In this document: positions 41,443 to 51,111 of the stretch, piece after piece | Position numbering within the stretch: position 1 is the first letter of the stretch | Layout of the letters: the number at the start of each line of letters is the position of its first letter | Assembly: GCA_963799845.1 (NCBI GenBank) | Contig: CAWCYI010000004.1 | Location: 1,728,001-1,792,000 of the forward strand | From: an uncultured Nitrososphaerota archaeon | GTDB lineage: Archaea > Thermoproteota > Nitrososphaeria > Nitrososphaerales > CADDZS01 | Reading direction: 5' to 3' | DNA: 64,000 nt | Position numbers and translations under genes: made by a program | Notes under the pieces: model-generated | What the model was told of the DNA's origin: nothing | The model's input: only the letters and a program-made list of their open reading frames with translations | Databases searched by the model: none

Positions 41443-42021
41443 TTGGGCGTATCTAGCTTTTTAGTAGTCAGGCACGGAGAAACTCAAGGTAACGTGATGG
41501 GGATAAATGCCGGTCCCCTTGACTACCCGCTTACCAAGAAAGGAAAAAAGGAAATTGAGTACCTCGCGAAAACACTTTCAGAAATCAAGATCTCTGCAAT
41601 ATACTGCAGCCCGGTGTTTCGCGCAGTTGAAACTGCGAGGATACTGGCCGGGCCTCATAAGTTAGGCGTGCAAACGGTCGAGGATCTTACGGAAGCAAAG
41701 CTCAAACGTGAATTTGTGGGAAAGAAAGGAAGGAAACGCATCCTTACAACACCTGGGGCATTTGACGAAACGTACCCAGAGCTGCAAGAGCGAGTGGTGA
41801 GGTCAATCGATTACATCAAAAATCAGGCAAGTGGAAACGTCATAGTCGTCTCCCACGGAGATCCGATAACGGCGTTGCTGCAATACGTGGTGGAAAGAAA
41901 AATTGGAAAGAACAATTACTACGTGTTACATCCAGACCCAGGATCGCTCTGCATTGTCGATTTCACGGACAGGCTGGAACTGGTCTTGTTCAATTACCAT
42001 CGAAAGCAGTTTGAACGATAG
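41443..42021 (+). CDS. Histidine phosphatase family protein
   Basis: RHGET, SPVFRAVETA and VSHGD motifs. Confidence 0.9.
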   Translation: MGVSSFLVVRHGETQGNVMGINAGPLDYPLTKKGKKEIEYLAKTLSEIKISAIYCSPVFRAVETARILAGPHKLGVQTVEDLTEAKLKREFVGKKGRKRILTTPGAFDETYPELQERVVRSIDYIKNQASGNVIVVSHGDPITALLQYVVERKIGKNNYYVLHPDPGSLCIVDFTDRLELVLFNYHRKQFER

Positions 42022-42146
42022 TATACTGCCGAAGCCTCTTGGGTTTCACTTTCGAGCAATTCTTTCCACTTCATCATCTGTTTCGGCTTTTATTGGTTAT
42101 CGGTACATGATATCTCGTCGAGCTGTTTCAGTACTACCGGTCTTGA

Positions 42147-42911
42147 CTAGACCGCGCTCCAGCCATCATCGATGACGACGCATGAACCATTTACAAAACT
42201 TGAATCGTCGCTGACTAGGAACAGTCCGAGCCTTGCGATTTCCGTCGGATCAGCGATTTTCGGCAGAGAAGCCATCGACTTTTTCATGAGCTCGAGACCC
42301 AGTGGGTTCGGATTGGAACTGCCAAAACCGATCGCAGTATTGACTGCACCCAGAACCATCGCGTTGCTTCTGATTCCCTTGTCGCCGTAAAATACCGCAA
42401 TGCTCTTCGTTAGTCCGATAAGCCCGTGCTTTGAGACAGCGTAAGCGACACCAGATTTTCCGCCAAAGAACGAAGCCACTGACGCCGTGTTCAGGATCGC
42501 GCCATGACCGTCCTTCAACATTCTCGGGATCACTCGCCTGCTCGCCCAGAAGGGAGCGTTCAAATTGACATTCATTACTCTCTGCCACAGCTCATCTGAA
42601 GTGTCGGCAACTGGGGTCACTCCATCCATAATTCCAGCGTTGTTGCATAGGATGTCTATTTTTCCCATTGATCGGTAGGCTTCATCAACCATGCTTTCGA
42701 CTTGATCCTTATTCGATAGATCTTTGATCATGCCGCGTGCGTTACTTCCAATCTTTGCAATGACATCGTTCACTCGATCCTCGAGAACATCCACAACAAC
42801 GACTTTGCATCCATTCTCTGAGAAAAGTTCGGCCATCGCCTTTCCCACGCCGGAACCCGCGCCAGTGATTAAGGCAATCTTACCTTCCAACTTCGGTCCA
42901 AAACTTGTCAA
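42147..42911 (-). CDS. Short-chain dehydrogenase/reductase
   Basis: TGAGSGVG, NNAG, YAVSK and FVNGS motifs. Confidence 0.92.
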   Translation of the reverse strand: MTSFGPKLEGKIALITGAGSGVGKAMAELFSENGCKVVVVDVLEDRVNDVIAKIGSNARGMIKDLSNKDQVESMVDEAYRSMGKIDILCNNAGIMDGVTPVADTSDELWQRVMNVNLNAPFWASRRVIPRMLKDGHGAILNTASVASFFGGKSGVAYAVSKHGLIGLTKSIAVFYGDKGIRSNAMVLGAVNTAIGFGSSNPNPLGLELMKKSMASLPKIADPTEIARLGLFLVSDDSSFVNGSCVVIDDGWSAV

Positions 42912-42993
42912 ACTATTCGACTTCCTATGGATTCAAGCTCCCTTCAGTCCTATTAATCTCTGGTCACGATTCTCAATTTCGATAATCGAAAAA

Positions 42994-43570
42994 TTAGACG
43001 ACAACTTGCGAACTTGTGTGCACGTTAACTAATTCGCGTCCCAACTCCAACCCTATTTGCTCAAACTTCCCTTCCATTCCTTCTTCAAGGACGGCAGCGG
43101 GCCGTTTGATTTCCTTCGCTTCTGATTTCCTCGCTTTTCTTTCCTCTTTGGTCTCGCTAGCCGGTTCGCCCTCAGGCTCCAGTTCTTCTCTTGGAGGTCT
43201 ATTTACAAAGGCAGAGGTTCGTGGCATTAGAATCTGTGCGCCAGAGGCCTTTAGCGCACCATCGATTGAATTCGATGCATCCCCTGCCCATCGGGAGTTT
43301 AGTTTTGTATCGAAAGCAAATCCATACTTTCCTTTCAGATCAACGTGTTTCAATTTGGACAGGAATTCCCTCATCGGGGCGGAAGCACGGTGCATCTCGG
43401 TGGGTCCGCCGACAGCTATCAGATCGTCAGCTGTCGAGTTTCTCAACATCGACTTCAGTTGTTTTGAAACAAGCAGCTTCAATCTGATCTTGTCTCAGTC
43501 CTTTTGCAATATCACAAGCTATCTTCTCGGTGTTTCCACACCTAGAATCAAATACGACTATCGCCTTCAA
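42994..43570 (-). CDS. Flavodoxin-domain protein; +1 frameshift at ~43428
   Basis: The 5' frame LKAIVVFDSRCGNTEKIA (FMN loop) joins SYDLIAVGGPT...AFDTK after one base is removed. Confidence 0.8.
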
Positions 43571-43728
43571 TTTCAAAAAACCTCTTTGGACGAAATCAGG
43601 AGGCGTAGTTAGTTAAAACGATTAGACGATCTGCAAGTCTGATAAAGTCATGATTCCCAATTTTGGAGATCGTGTATCGTGCCTTTATTCTACGCTTTGA
43701 CAACTTGTGAATCACCAATGGAGCTAGG

Positions 43729-44181
43729 TTGTCGACAATGACACGAGTTTCAGAATTAATGACCAAGACAGACATTCAATTCGTAAATCTATCTACGAGC
43801 ATTCGAGAAGCTGCCGAAGATATGAAACGGCTTCACAGAGGATGTCTAATTGTGATGAACAAGGGGAAGCTCGTGGGTATATTGACTGAAAGGGATCTGG
43901 TTCAGAAAGTACTTGCGGTTGGAAAAAATCCGAAAGAGACTCCCGTGTCAAAAATAATGTCAGAGCCGGTCATCACTGTAAACCCAGACACAAGCTTACC
44001 GGATGCCGCCAAAATAATGGTTAGAAATGCAATACGCCGGCTCCCGGTGGTCGATGGCGGAAAGGTCGTCGGAATCCTCACCACGAGCGATTTTGCAAGG
44101 TATATGCGTCTGCAGAACAGAGATGAGCCCATGTGGGCGGCGGCAGCGAGAGCGGCTGATTACCAAACTATCTTCGAATAA
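43729..44181 (+). CDS. CBS-domain pair protein
   Basis: VGILTERDL and IRRLPVVD..VVGILTTSD motifs. Confidence 0.92.
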   Translation: MSTMTRVSELMTKTDIQFVNLSTSIREAAEDMKRLHRGCLIVMNKGKLVGILTERDLVQKVLAVGKNPKETPVSKIMSEPVITVNPDTSLPDAAKIMVRNAIRRLPVVDGGKVVGILTTSDFARYMRLQNRDEPMWAAAARAADYQTIFE

Positions 44182-44265
44182 CCTAGAGCTTGAAGACCAT
44201 TCTCAGACCACTGACAGAAAGGATAAGAGTCCCAACGGGTTTCCCGAATACGACCGTGGTAGAAA

Positions 44266-44550
44266 GTGGAACCGTTCTATTTCATGAGTTACGATAGAGT
44301 CATAGGTGTTGCCAAGAATGTTCGGGAACTGGACAAGGAAATGAAAAGACTCGCAAGGGAAGATCGGCCCTGTCTGGAATACCATCTTGCAAATGGCCAC
44401 ATTGTGTCATGGCTCGAATACGCAAATGAACCCGAATTTGCAAAGGATCTGGCGGGAGTCATAAATGTCGAGGAAGCTTTACGCCTGACAGAAAGGTATG
44501 TAGCAAGATCGGTCATTCTGCACAGGACGAGACGCGGAAGGATGCACTAG
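44266..44550 (+). CDS. Small hypothetical protein (DUF5752-like), copy A
   Basis: PFYF.SY...A....EL...YHL..GHIV.WL; C-terminus GRMH. Confidence 0.75.
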   Translation: MEPFYFMSYDRVIGVAKNVRELDKEMKRLAREDRPCLEYHLANGHIVSWLEYANEPEFAKDLAGVINVEEALRLTERYVARSVILHRTRRGRMH

Positions 44551-44708
44551 TACTAGTTTGTGACATTCTGTAGAACCGCATGGCAGTACCACCCAGAGCA
44601 AGCCGAAAAAGTCTGCGGGCACCAGTGCCCATGAATTCTGTTGGAATTACAATCAAAGCGCTTATCAAGCTGGCCGAAATGGACAGAATTCCAAGGTGCT
44701 TTTGAAGC

Positions 44709-44795
44709 ATGTCAGAAGAAGATGGAGAATTGGAAGATGATGAAGACGGTGACGACGATGACTTTGAACCTTCGGACGACGATGACGACGAGTAG
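44709..44795 (+). CDS. Possible ultra-acidic micropeptide (28 aa)
   Basis: Hand-translated MSEEDGELEDDEDGDDDDFEPSDDDDDE, followed by TAG TAA. Confidence 0.4.
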   Translation: MSEEDGELEDDEDGDDDDFEPSDDDDDE

Positions 44796-45041
44796 TAAGC
44801 TATCTTACAGGTGCGATCTCACCGCAGGGATGCAACGAAGGGAAGGCAATCTTCCTTTCGTTTAGATTGCACCGTAGTAATATATGCTTTCTAGATAAAG
44901 GCGTCGTGGGTTTCCCAAAGTCGTTGTTTTATTTTCATTGATTTATTATGCCATTTTTGCCCTGTTCTACACGGGGCGCAATTCTGCGTACCGAAGAGCT
45001 CGTTTCAAGCTCTGTTGCAAATTCTCTAATGCTATTGTTTA

Positions 45042-45326
45042 CTAGTGCATCCTGCCGTGGGTCATTCTCTGAATCATAACGACTTTTTCCATATGTTTTT
45101 CCAGGATGTTCTGAGCTTCAGTGATGGTGTGGACTCCCTTCATCCTTTCCGCAGTTTCGATTTCTTCAATGGATATTAGCCACTGAACTATGTGCCCCTC
45201 CCTTAGATGATATTCAATAGCTTTCGGAAATTCTTTAGACAGTCTTCTCATCTCTTTTTCGAGCTCGTAAATGTTCGAAGCTTCACCAATTGTCATGCTA
45301 TAGCTCTTGAAATAAAATTTCGCCAA
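45042..45326 (-). CDS. Small hypothetical protein (DUF5752-like), copy B
   Basis: KFYFKSY...YHLREGHIVQWL...GRMH; colinear 94-aa paralogue of copy A. Confidence 0.75.
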   Translation of the reverse strand: MAKFYFKSYSMTIGEASNIYELEKEMRRLSKEFPKAIEYHLREGHIVQWLISIEEIETAERMKGVHTITEAQNILEKHMEKVVMIQRMTHGRMH

Positions 45327-45345
45327 CTTTTTTCATCCCCTTGGT

Positions 45346-45855
45346 TTACGATATCAAGACAAGACCCTGCGGATTTTTCTCTTCGCGGGCAATTGTTCCT
45401 CTCCCTTCTTTGTTTGTTTCAAAAGAGACAGGCATGACGGCGCTGTTCTCTTGTGACAAGCAATTCAAAAGAGTCCTTTCAAACTTGTCAAAACACGAAA
45501 ACCTCTCCACATCAGACGAGAATCTTGTCAGATGTTGGATCTCTCTGAAAGAATCATATGTCGCTTTGCGTTTTCGAATCAAGGACTCAATGAATTGCTC
45601 ATTGCGGAAGACGGTTGCGCTTTTATTCTCCAAGAAAGAAAGGCTCGGGGAGACCGTGACAGCACTGCGCGCTCTTGACTCTTCTCTTGCCAAATGCGAA
45701 TCCAGAAAAGCCAGAAGCTCAAGTACGCGTTTTTCTGCGAGATCGTAGTCGCCGCGAGACATGAGCATGCGTAGGACCCAGAGCTGCCGGCGAATTTCAT
45801 CCTGATCATTCCTTCGACTCACGCTCAGATCTTTCAAGTTTCTTTCAAGCTCCAT
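45346..45855 (-). CDS. Degenerate hemerythrin-like protein
   Basis: The N-half aligns with 18836..19339 (EIRRQL..LRM...DY...EKR...FL..H...EESR); most His ligands are replaced. Confidence 0.6.
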   Translation of the reverse strand: MELERNLKDLSVSRRNDQDEIRRQLWVLRMLMSRGDYDLAEKRVLELLAFLDSHLAREESRARSAVTVSPSLSFLENKSATVFRNEQFIESLIRKRKATYDSFREIQHLTRFSSDVERFSCFDKFERTLLNCLSQENSAVMPVSFETNKEGRGTIAREEKNPQGLVLIS

Positions 45856-46021
45856 TTTGTCCCACTCCCGTCTCCCGGACACTCTGATATTTGGTAAATC
45901 GTTGTATTTATGGGACGATATGATCATCAATTTTGATAATAATCACTTGTTCAAATAGGAATCCAGATCCATTTGCCAAATCCACAACACCTTTTGTTGG
46001 CTTACACGAACTTCTATACGC

Positions 46022-46240
46022 TTGGTTCCAAGAAATCGCATCGTCGAGATTCTGTGTTTTGTTGGGATCGTTTTGCTGCTGCACAGTGCATCGAGGACTC
46101 TGATTGTCATGGGAATTGGCAGCGGCTCGTACTACTTTGGATTGCAAGGAGCGTTCGCGCCATTTGAAAACATCGAAGGATTGGTCGGCGCGATACTCGC
46201 GATGAATCCGCTGTTCCTTCTGGTATTCACCAAAACTTAG
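46022..46240 (+). CDS. Possible small membrane protein
   Basis: Two hydrophobic segments in an otherwise empty gap; its stop overlaps the convergent gene. Confidence 0.35.
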   Translation: MVPRNRIVEILCFVGIVLLLHSASRTLIVMGIGSGSYYFGLQGAFAPFENIEGLVGAILAMNPLFLLVFTKT

Positions 46241-47251
46241 AGCAGATCGTCCCACAACTTTTTCATTTCGAGTTGTGAAAGTTCTCTATCGTCTAGAATT
46301 TCATAACGAGAGCCCATCGCCACGGTAGTAGCTTTCATGCGACGGATTCCGGTCTCAAACTCTTCAAACGATATCCCGTAATCATGGGGACGGTACCTGA
46401 GGCCGAATGAATCCAGATCTCGCATGATTTCTTTGTAATCGGTATCATGAAAGAAAGCACTGATGACGCAGCCGGTCCCGAGGACTTCACCATGGGAGAA
46501 AGTTCTGCCGGTCACTTTTTCCAGACTGTAAAAAAAGACGTGCTCGATCCCCTCCTGCGGCCAGGTTCTCCCCTTTGCGATGAACGGCCACTGCAATTCA
46601 TTCAGCCTGATGTGCATCGAGACAAGTGATTTGATTCCCTTCTCTGTCACGTCGTAGATCTCCCGTCTATCGGCGTGTAGCTTTGAAAGGACTTTTTCCG
46701 CCTCTTTCACGATCTCCGGATCATATTCGGCTGACGCGTGCTCCTTCGCATATTTCCAGTCCATCAGCGATATTCTCGTGGAATAAATGTCCCCGATACC
46801 GGCTCTGTTCAATCTTGACGGAGCTGTCCTGATCAGATCCGCGTCGATGACAACCTCGCTTGCGAACTTGTTTCCCAGGTACGTTACTATCCCATTTGTT
46901 CTAATCGCGGCAACGGGAGTGATGTAAGCGTCTGCTCCAATTACCGATGGAATTGAGATGAAATCCCCTCCGGTCTGGAGGGAGACGTACTTTGCAGAGT
47001 CGATAGCCCTGCCGCCGCCAATGCCGACGATCTTCTTAATGCCGGCGGCCTTTGGAACAAAGCCGTCGAGAATCTCCTTGTCGGATTCGTGGATCAAGAA
47101 AACTTTTTCGGGATCATTTTTCAGCGTCTTGGATAAACTGTGCCAGGGAGGATCTACCGTAAACAGCGCGTATTTTTCTCCGAGATTGTCCAGGTACCGA
47201 GCTTACCGGCTCGTAGAGGACGTCATTCTCGGTCAGATGCCAGCTTGACAC
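46237..47251 (-). CDS. Glycerol-1-phosphate dehydrogenase-like (EgsA/AraM-related) metal-dependent dehydrogenase; frameshift at ~47204
   Basis: GIGGGRAIDSAK, RAGIGD and EH...HGE motifs; the 5' end was reconstructed by hand from a GTG at 47251. Confidence 0.75.
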
Positions 47252-47257
47252 GGTGCT

Positions 47258-48303
47258 CTAACCAGAATTGAAATGCGGCAGGATTGACTTTGCAAACTTG
47301 TCCAGCGGCTCGTCGCCCCTCTCCTGAAACTCGATAACTATGTGCTTCGCGCCAGCTCTTCTGTAAGTTTCGATTTTCTCTACGATCTGCGACGGGGATC
47401 CTGACACCAGAAATTGCAGGGCGAGTTCATCCGGGATGGAATTTTCGGCGTTGTTGATCAACTGATCCGCCCTGTCGCTCACCAGCATCTGCTGGTACGG
47501 GATCAGCTCTTCCGGCGGCTTGAACCCGATGAATTTCAGGGTGTGTATCTCGGCGAGGAGAGCTTTTTCGTGTTGCTGATTGCTTCGCGAAGTTGCGTGC
47601 CGCTTTCCGCCAGCGAGATAAAAATCCACGCGACCGGTTCGAAATTTCGATTCTGGATATTCTTCGCGGACCTGAATCCCTCCACGATCTTCAGCCGTTT
47701 CGCGTAGGTTTCGGCGGTATTGAGCCACGGGATCCATCCGTCGCCAAACTCACCCGCGACGCGCAGGCCGTTCATTCCTCCCAGCGCGCCGACGATTATC
47801 CTCGGCGAGAACTTGGTCTTGACATCGAGCCATGCATTATTCAAATGGAAATGATTTCCCTGAAACGAGATGGGATTTTTCCGGTCAGATTCCCAGAGGA
47901 GCCTTATCACCTGTATCGCCTCGGCGAGTCGTTCAGCTCTAACTTTTGGGGCATCGAACGGAAGGCCGAACGGAATTAAGTTCATCGCCTCCCCGGCGCC
48001 TATTCCGAGAGAGACCCTGCCACCAGTGATTTCAGAAAGTGTTGCGACTGTTTGCGCAGTCCTCGCGGGGTGCATCCGCTGAGTGTCCGTAACGGCAGTT
48101 GCAAATTCAATTTTTTTTGTCTGGACGCCAATCGCGCTGATAGTAGTCCAGGGCTCTACCTTGGATCCGCCAGTGTCGATCAGGTGATCAACCGCCCAAA
48201 GCGAATCGAAGCCGAGCTTCTCGCACCTGATTCCCAATTGTATTGATTCATTCGGAGGAACGAAATCGATTGTGGTGCCGATCTTCAAGTGTCCTGTCAT
48301 CAA
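47258..48303 (-). CDS. LLM-class (luciferase-like, probably F420-dependent) oxidoreductase; -1 frameshift at ~47565
   Basis: GFDSLWAVDH, LGIGAGE and AGEFGDGWIP motifs; the C-terminus GSPSQIVEKIETY lies in a second frame. Confidence 0.87.
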
Positions 48304-48412
48304 GAAGATTCGGATTGAGGCTGCCTAGATTAATGAATCGGGGACGATCCTTTTTTCCGCCACTGCAACTGGTTGCTGCAGAGTCAGCGCACCGGACTGG
48401 TTTAATTGCGGG

Positions 48413-49348
48413 CTATAGTTTCCCCAGTACTTCCCTTGCAAACTTCTCGGAGTAGACTTTGGTCTTTTCCAGATTCTCGCGCAAAAAGCTGAGGGCGAGA
48501 AAAGAAACTCCAAGGTTTTCAAATTCCCTAACGTCTGCGACAATTTGTCGAGAGTTGCCGGCAAATAAGTTCCCTTTATCTGGATGATCGTTCAATTCAA
48601 AATTCTGTGCAAGGTACCCTATCCTGACGTCGTCTGGATTCCTACCCGTCTTCTTTACCTGCTGCTTGAGCCGTGCGATAGCTTCGGCCATTTGCGAGGA
48701 ATTTGATAGTAGAAACCTCGGGTTGCTGTCGATCGGAAACCAACCATCTCCAAGCTCGGCCGCCCGCCTGACTGCCCTCGGGCTTTCACCGCCGACCCAA
48801 ACTGGTGGATGCGGCTTCTGGACGACCTTCGGCGAAAAGTGGACATTGGAGAATTGAAAGTACTCACCGCTGAAGCTGGGATTTTTCTCGGACCAGATCA
48901 CTTTGAGAATCCGCAGGTATTCGTCCATGATCTTACCTCTTTCTTCGTACGGGATATGGAGAAGGTCGAACTCATCCTTCATCCAACCCACGCCGACTCC
49001 GACGTCCAGCCTCCCACCGGAAAGATAGTCCACGGTTGCGAGGGTGTTTGCCATGGCGAGCGGGTTCCGGTAGGGGATAACTGCGATACCGGTCATCAGA
49101 CGGATTTTTTCTGTTTTTGCCGCAACGAAGGAAAGTGTCGTTGATTGATCAAGGTCTTCGGTTGTATCAGTATACTCGCCTGAGGTCGAGTACGGGTACG
49201 TCGTGTTGATCTTGTTTGGCATTACGATGTGGTCGGAGGGTTCTACCAGCGTATCGAAGCCGAGGCTTTCGGCGTGCTCTGCAAGCTTGGTAAGGTTGTC
49301 AGGTTTTGACAGTTCACCGTCGTGGGGGAGACAGAATCCGAATTTCAA
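48413..49348 (-). CDS. LLM-class F420-dependent oxidoreductase (Rv2161c-like)
   Basis: SDHIVMP, DYLSGGRL..GVGVGW, PPVWVGG and RRAAELGDGW motifs. Confidence 0.9.
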   Translation of the reverse strand: MKFGFCLPHDGELSKPDNLTKLAEHAESLGFDTLVEPSDHIVMPNKINTTYPYSTSGEYTDTTEDLDQSTTLSFVAAKTEKIRLMTGIAVIPYRNPLAMANTLATVDYLSGGRLDVGVGVGWMKDEFDLLHIPYEERGKIMDEYLRILKVIWSEKNPSFSGEYFQFSNVHFSPKVVQKPHPPVWVGGESPRAVRRAAELGDGWFPIDSNPRFLLSNSSQMAEAIARLKQQVKKTGRNPDDVRIGYLAQNFELNDHPDKGNLFAGNSRQIVADVREFENLGVSFLALSFLRENLEKTKVYSEKFAREVLGKL

Positions 49349-50349
49349 GATCTATCCCCTACTTTAGGCGAGATCATCGACTTGAGCCCGATGTAGTCTT
49401 CTCTTTTGGCCAGCCCCTTGAGCGGTTCTCGTTTCAAATATCGTTCGATGTTTCGCACCGCATTCTTGACCGCAAGCTCGTGTGACTCTGGCACGGCATC
49501 CGCATTGTGAGGGGAGCCCAAAAAATTTGGGAGATCGAGGAAGGGGTAGTTCTGAGCGAATGGCGCGCCGGGAGCGGGATATTTCCACCAGACGTCAATC
49601 CCGGCCTTGAAAGAAGGATTCGCTCGAAGATGATCATAGAGTGCTTTCTCGTTTATGATCTTACCGCGACCCACGTTGACCAAAATACAGTTTGCTTTAG
49701 TTAAGCGGAGATTTGATTCGTTAATCAAATTCATAGTACCGACAGTCAGTGGCATCGCAATCACCACAATGTCAGACTTCGACAGGAGCTCGTTAAGACC
49801 GCCGAGGCTATTCGTCCTGTCAAAGAATTCGACTTTTCTTCCCGACGAGTTGATTCCAATGGTGCCTATACCAAACGCCTTTGCAAGTCGAGCTACGGCC
49901 TGTCCAATTCCTCCAGTCCCAATAATTCCAATAGTCTTGCCCTTCAGAAAGATTCCTTGACCCTGATCGAAGACTGATTTTCTAAGCTCCTCTTCTCGAA
50001 GGATGATATTCCTCGCAAGACAGAGGATCATTCCAAAAACGTGTTCAGCAATTTGCTCGGAAAAGGCACCGACGTTTCCGCATACCAGGACTTCTCGTGG
50101 AATCACTTCGAAATCGATTACGTCGACTCCGGCAGATAGCGTCTGTACTAAACGAAGATTCTTCATCCGTTCAAACTTGATCTCGTTTAACCACTTTGTG
50201 TCGGAGACGAGGAGGATCTCTACATTCGAGGCTACTTCGTCTGGAAGCTCGTCACCCTCGACTATTTCGATTGTGTTGCTGGAAGACAGTTGCAGTCTCG
50301 AACGCAACGTGCTTGAGAGCTTGGTTGTGGAAAAAATTATTCTTGTCAA
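49345..50349 (-). CDS. D-2-hydroxyacid dehydrogenase family protein
   Basis: SAGVD, GTGGIG, VNVGRG, DVWW and SPHNA motifs. Confidence 0.9.
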   Translation of the reverse strand: MTRIIFSTTKLSSTLRSRLQLSSSNTIEIVEGDELPDEVASNVEILLVSDTKWLNEIKFERMKNLRLVQTLSAGVDVIDFEVIPREVLVCGNVGAFSEQIAEHVFGMILCLARNIILREEELRKSVFDQGQGIFLKGKTIGIIGTGGIGQAVARLAKAFGIGTIGINSSGRKVEFFDRTNSLGGLNELLSKSDIVVIAMPLTVGTMNLINESNLRLTKANCILVNVGRGKIINEKALYDHLRANPSFKAGIDVWWKYPAPGAPFAQNYPFLDLPNFLGSPHNADAVPESHELAVKNAVRNIERYLKREPLKGLAKREDYIGLKSMISPKVGDRS

Positions 50350-50739
50350 TCGCCAACTGAATTCTCAAATAGGCTTGGTCTTTTAATTGGTTCGATGAAA
50401 CAGTGACTTTTCAGGTCTGCAGGTACAAAACTACCTGAAATAATCTTCGTTAGTAGTAGTGTAACTGTGAGATTGTGAAAACAGACTTCTTTGCTTACAA
50501 TAGCATTAGAAATAACCAGAAGAGCTAGAAACGAGCTCTCCGGTACGCAGGATTGCGCCCCCGTAGAACAGGGCGAAAATGGCATAATAAATCAATGATC
50601 GTGAAACAAATGGCCAAGAGAGCTGGAGGGTACACGAGGAGGTCGTGGACCTGCCGGAAATTCGATGGCGAAGATCTCGCAGGGTATCTTGGAGCCGGGC
50701 ACACTGTAACCTGCTTCAGAGTTTGGAAAATGATTTTTC

Positions 50740-50949
50740 TTACTGCTTTCCAGCGGCTTCAAAAACAACTTGCCTTCCTTCAGATTCTGAGATTCTGACG
50801 TAGCACCGCTTTACATATTTCACGCCTGACTTCTGTGTCCGCCGGGGGTGCCGGAATACACGATAACGAAGTGTGCCGTTCTCATTTCGCATGATTTGAA
50901 CCACGCTCTCCCGTGCAATTTTGCCGCATCTTGGGCATACTAGATCCAA
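50740..50949 (-). CDS. Small basic zinc-binding protein (CxxC...H...C)
   Basis: CPRCGK...YRVFRH...KRCYV. Confidence 0.6.
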   Translation of the reverse strand: MDLVCPRCGKIARESVVQIMRNENGTLRYRVFRHPRRTQKSGVKYVKRCYVRISESEGRQVVFEAAGKQ

Positions 50950-51111
50950 TTAGGTCAAATCTTCTCCAATGAGGTGGGACAGAGTTGTCGTCAGAAGACA
51001 GGGATTGGTGTAATAAAAACTCCTGAAGCCCTATTGGCTGGATAAATTTCAAAACCCTGACGTCAAGACTATATTCTTATGTTGCAACTTTTTTTCGTTA
51101 ATTAGCGCCGA

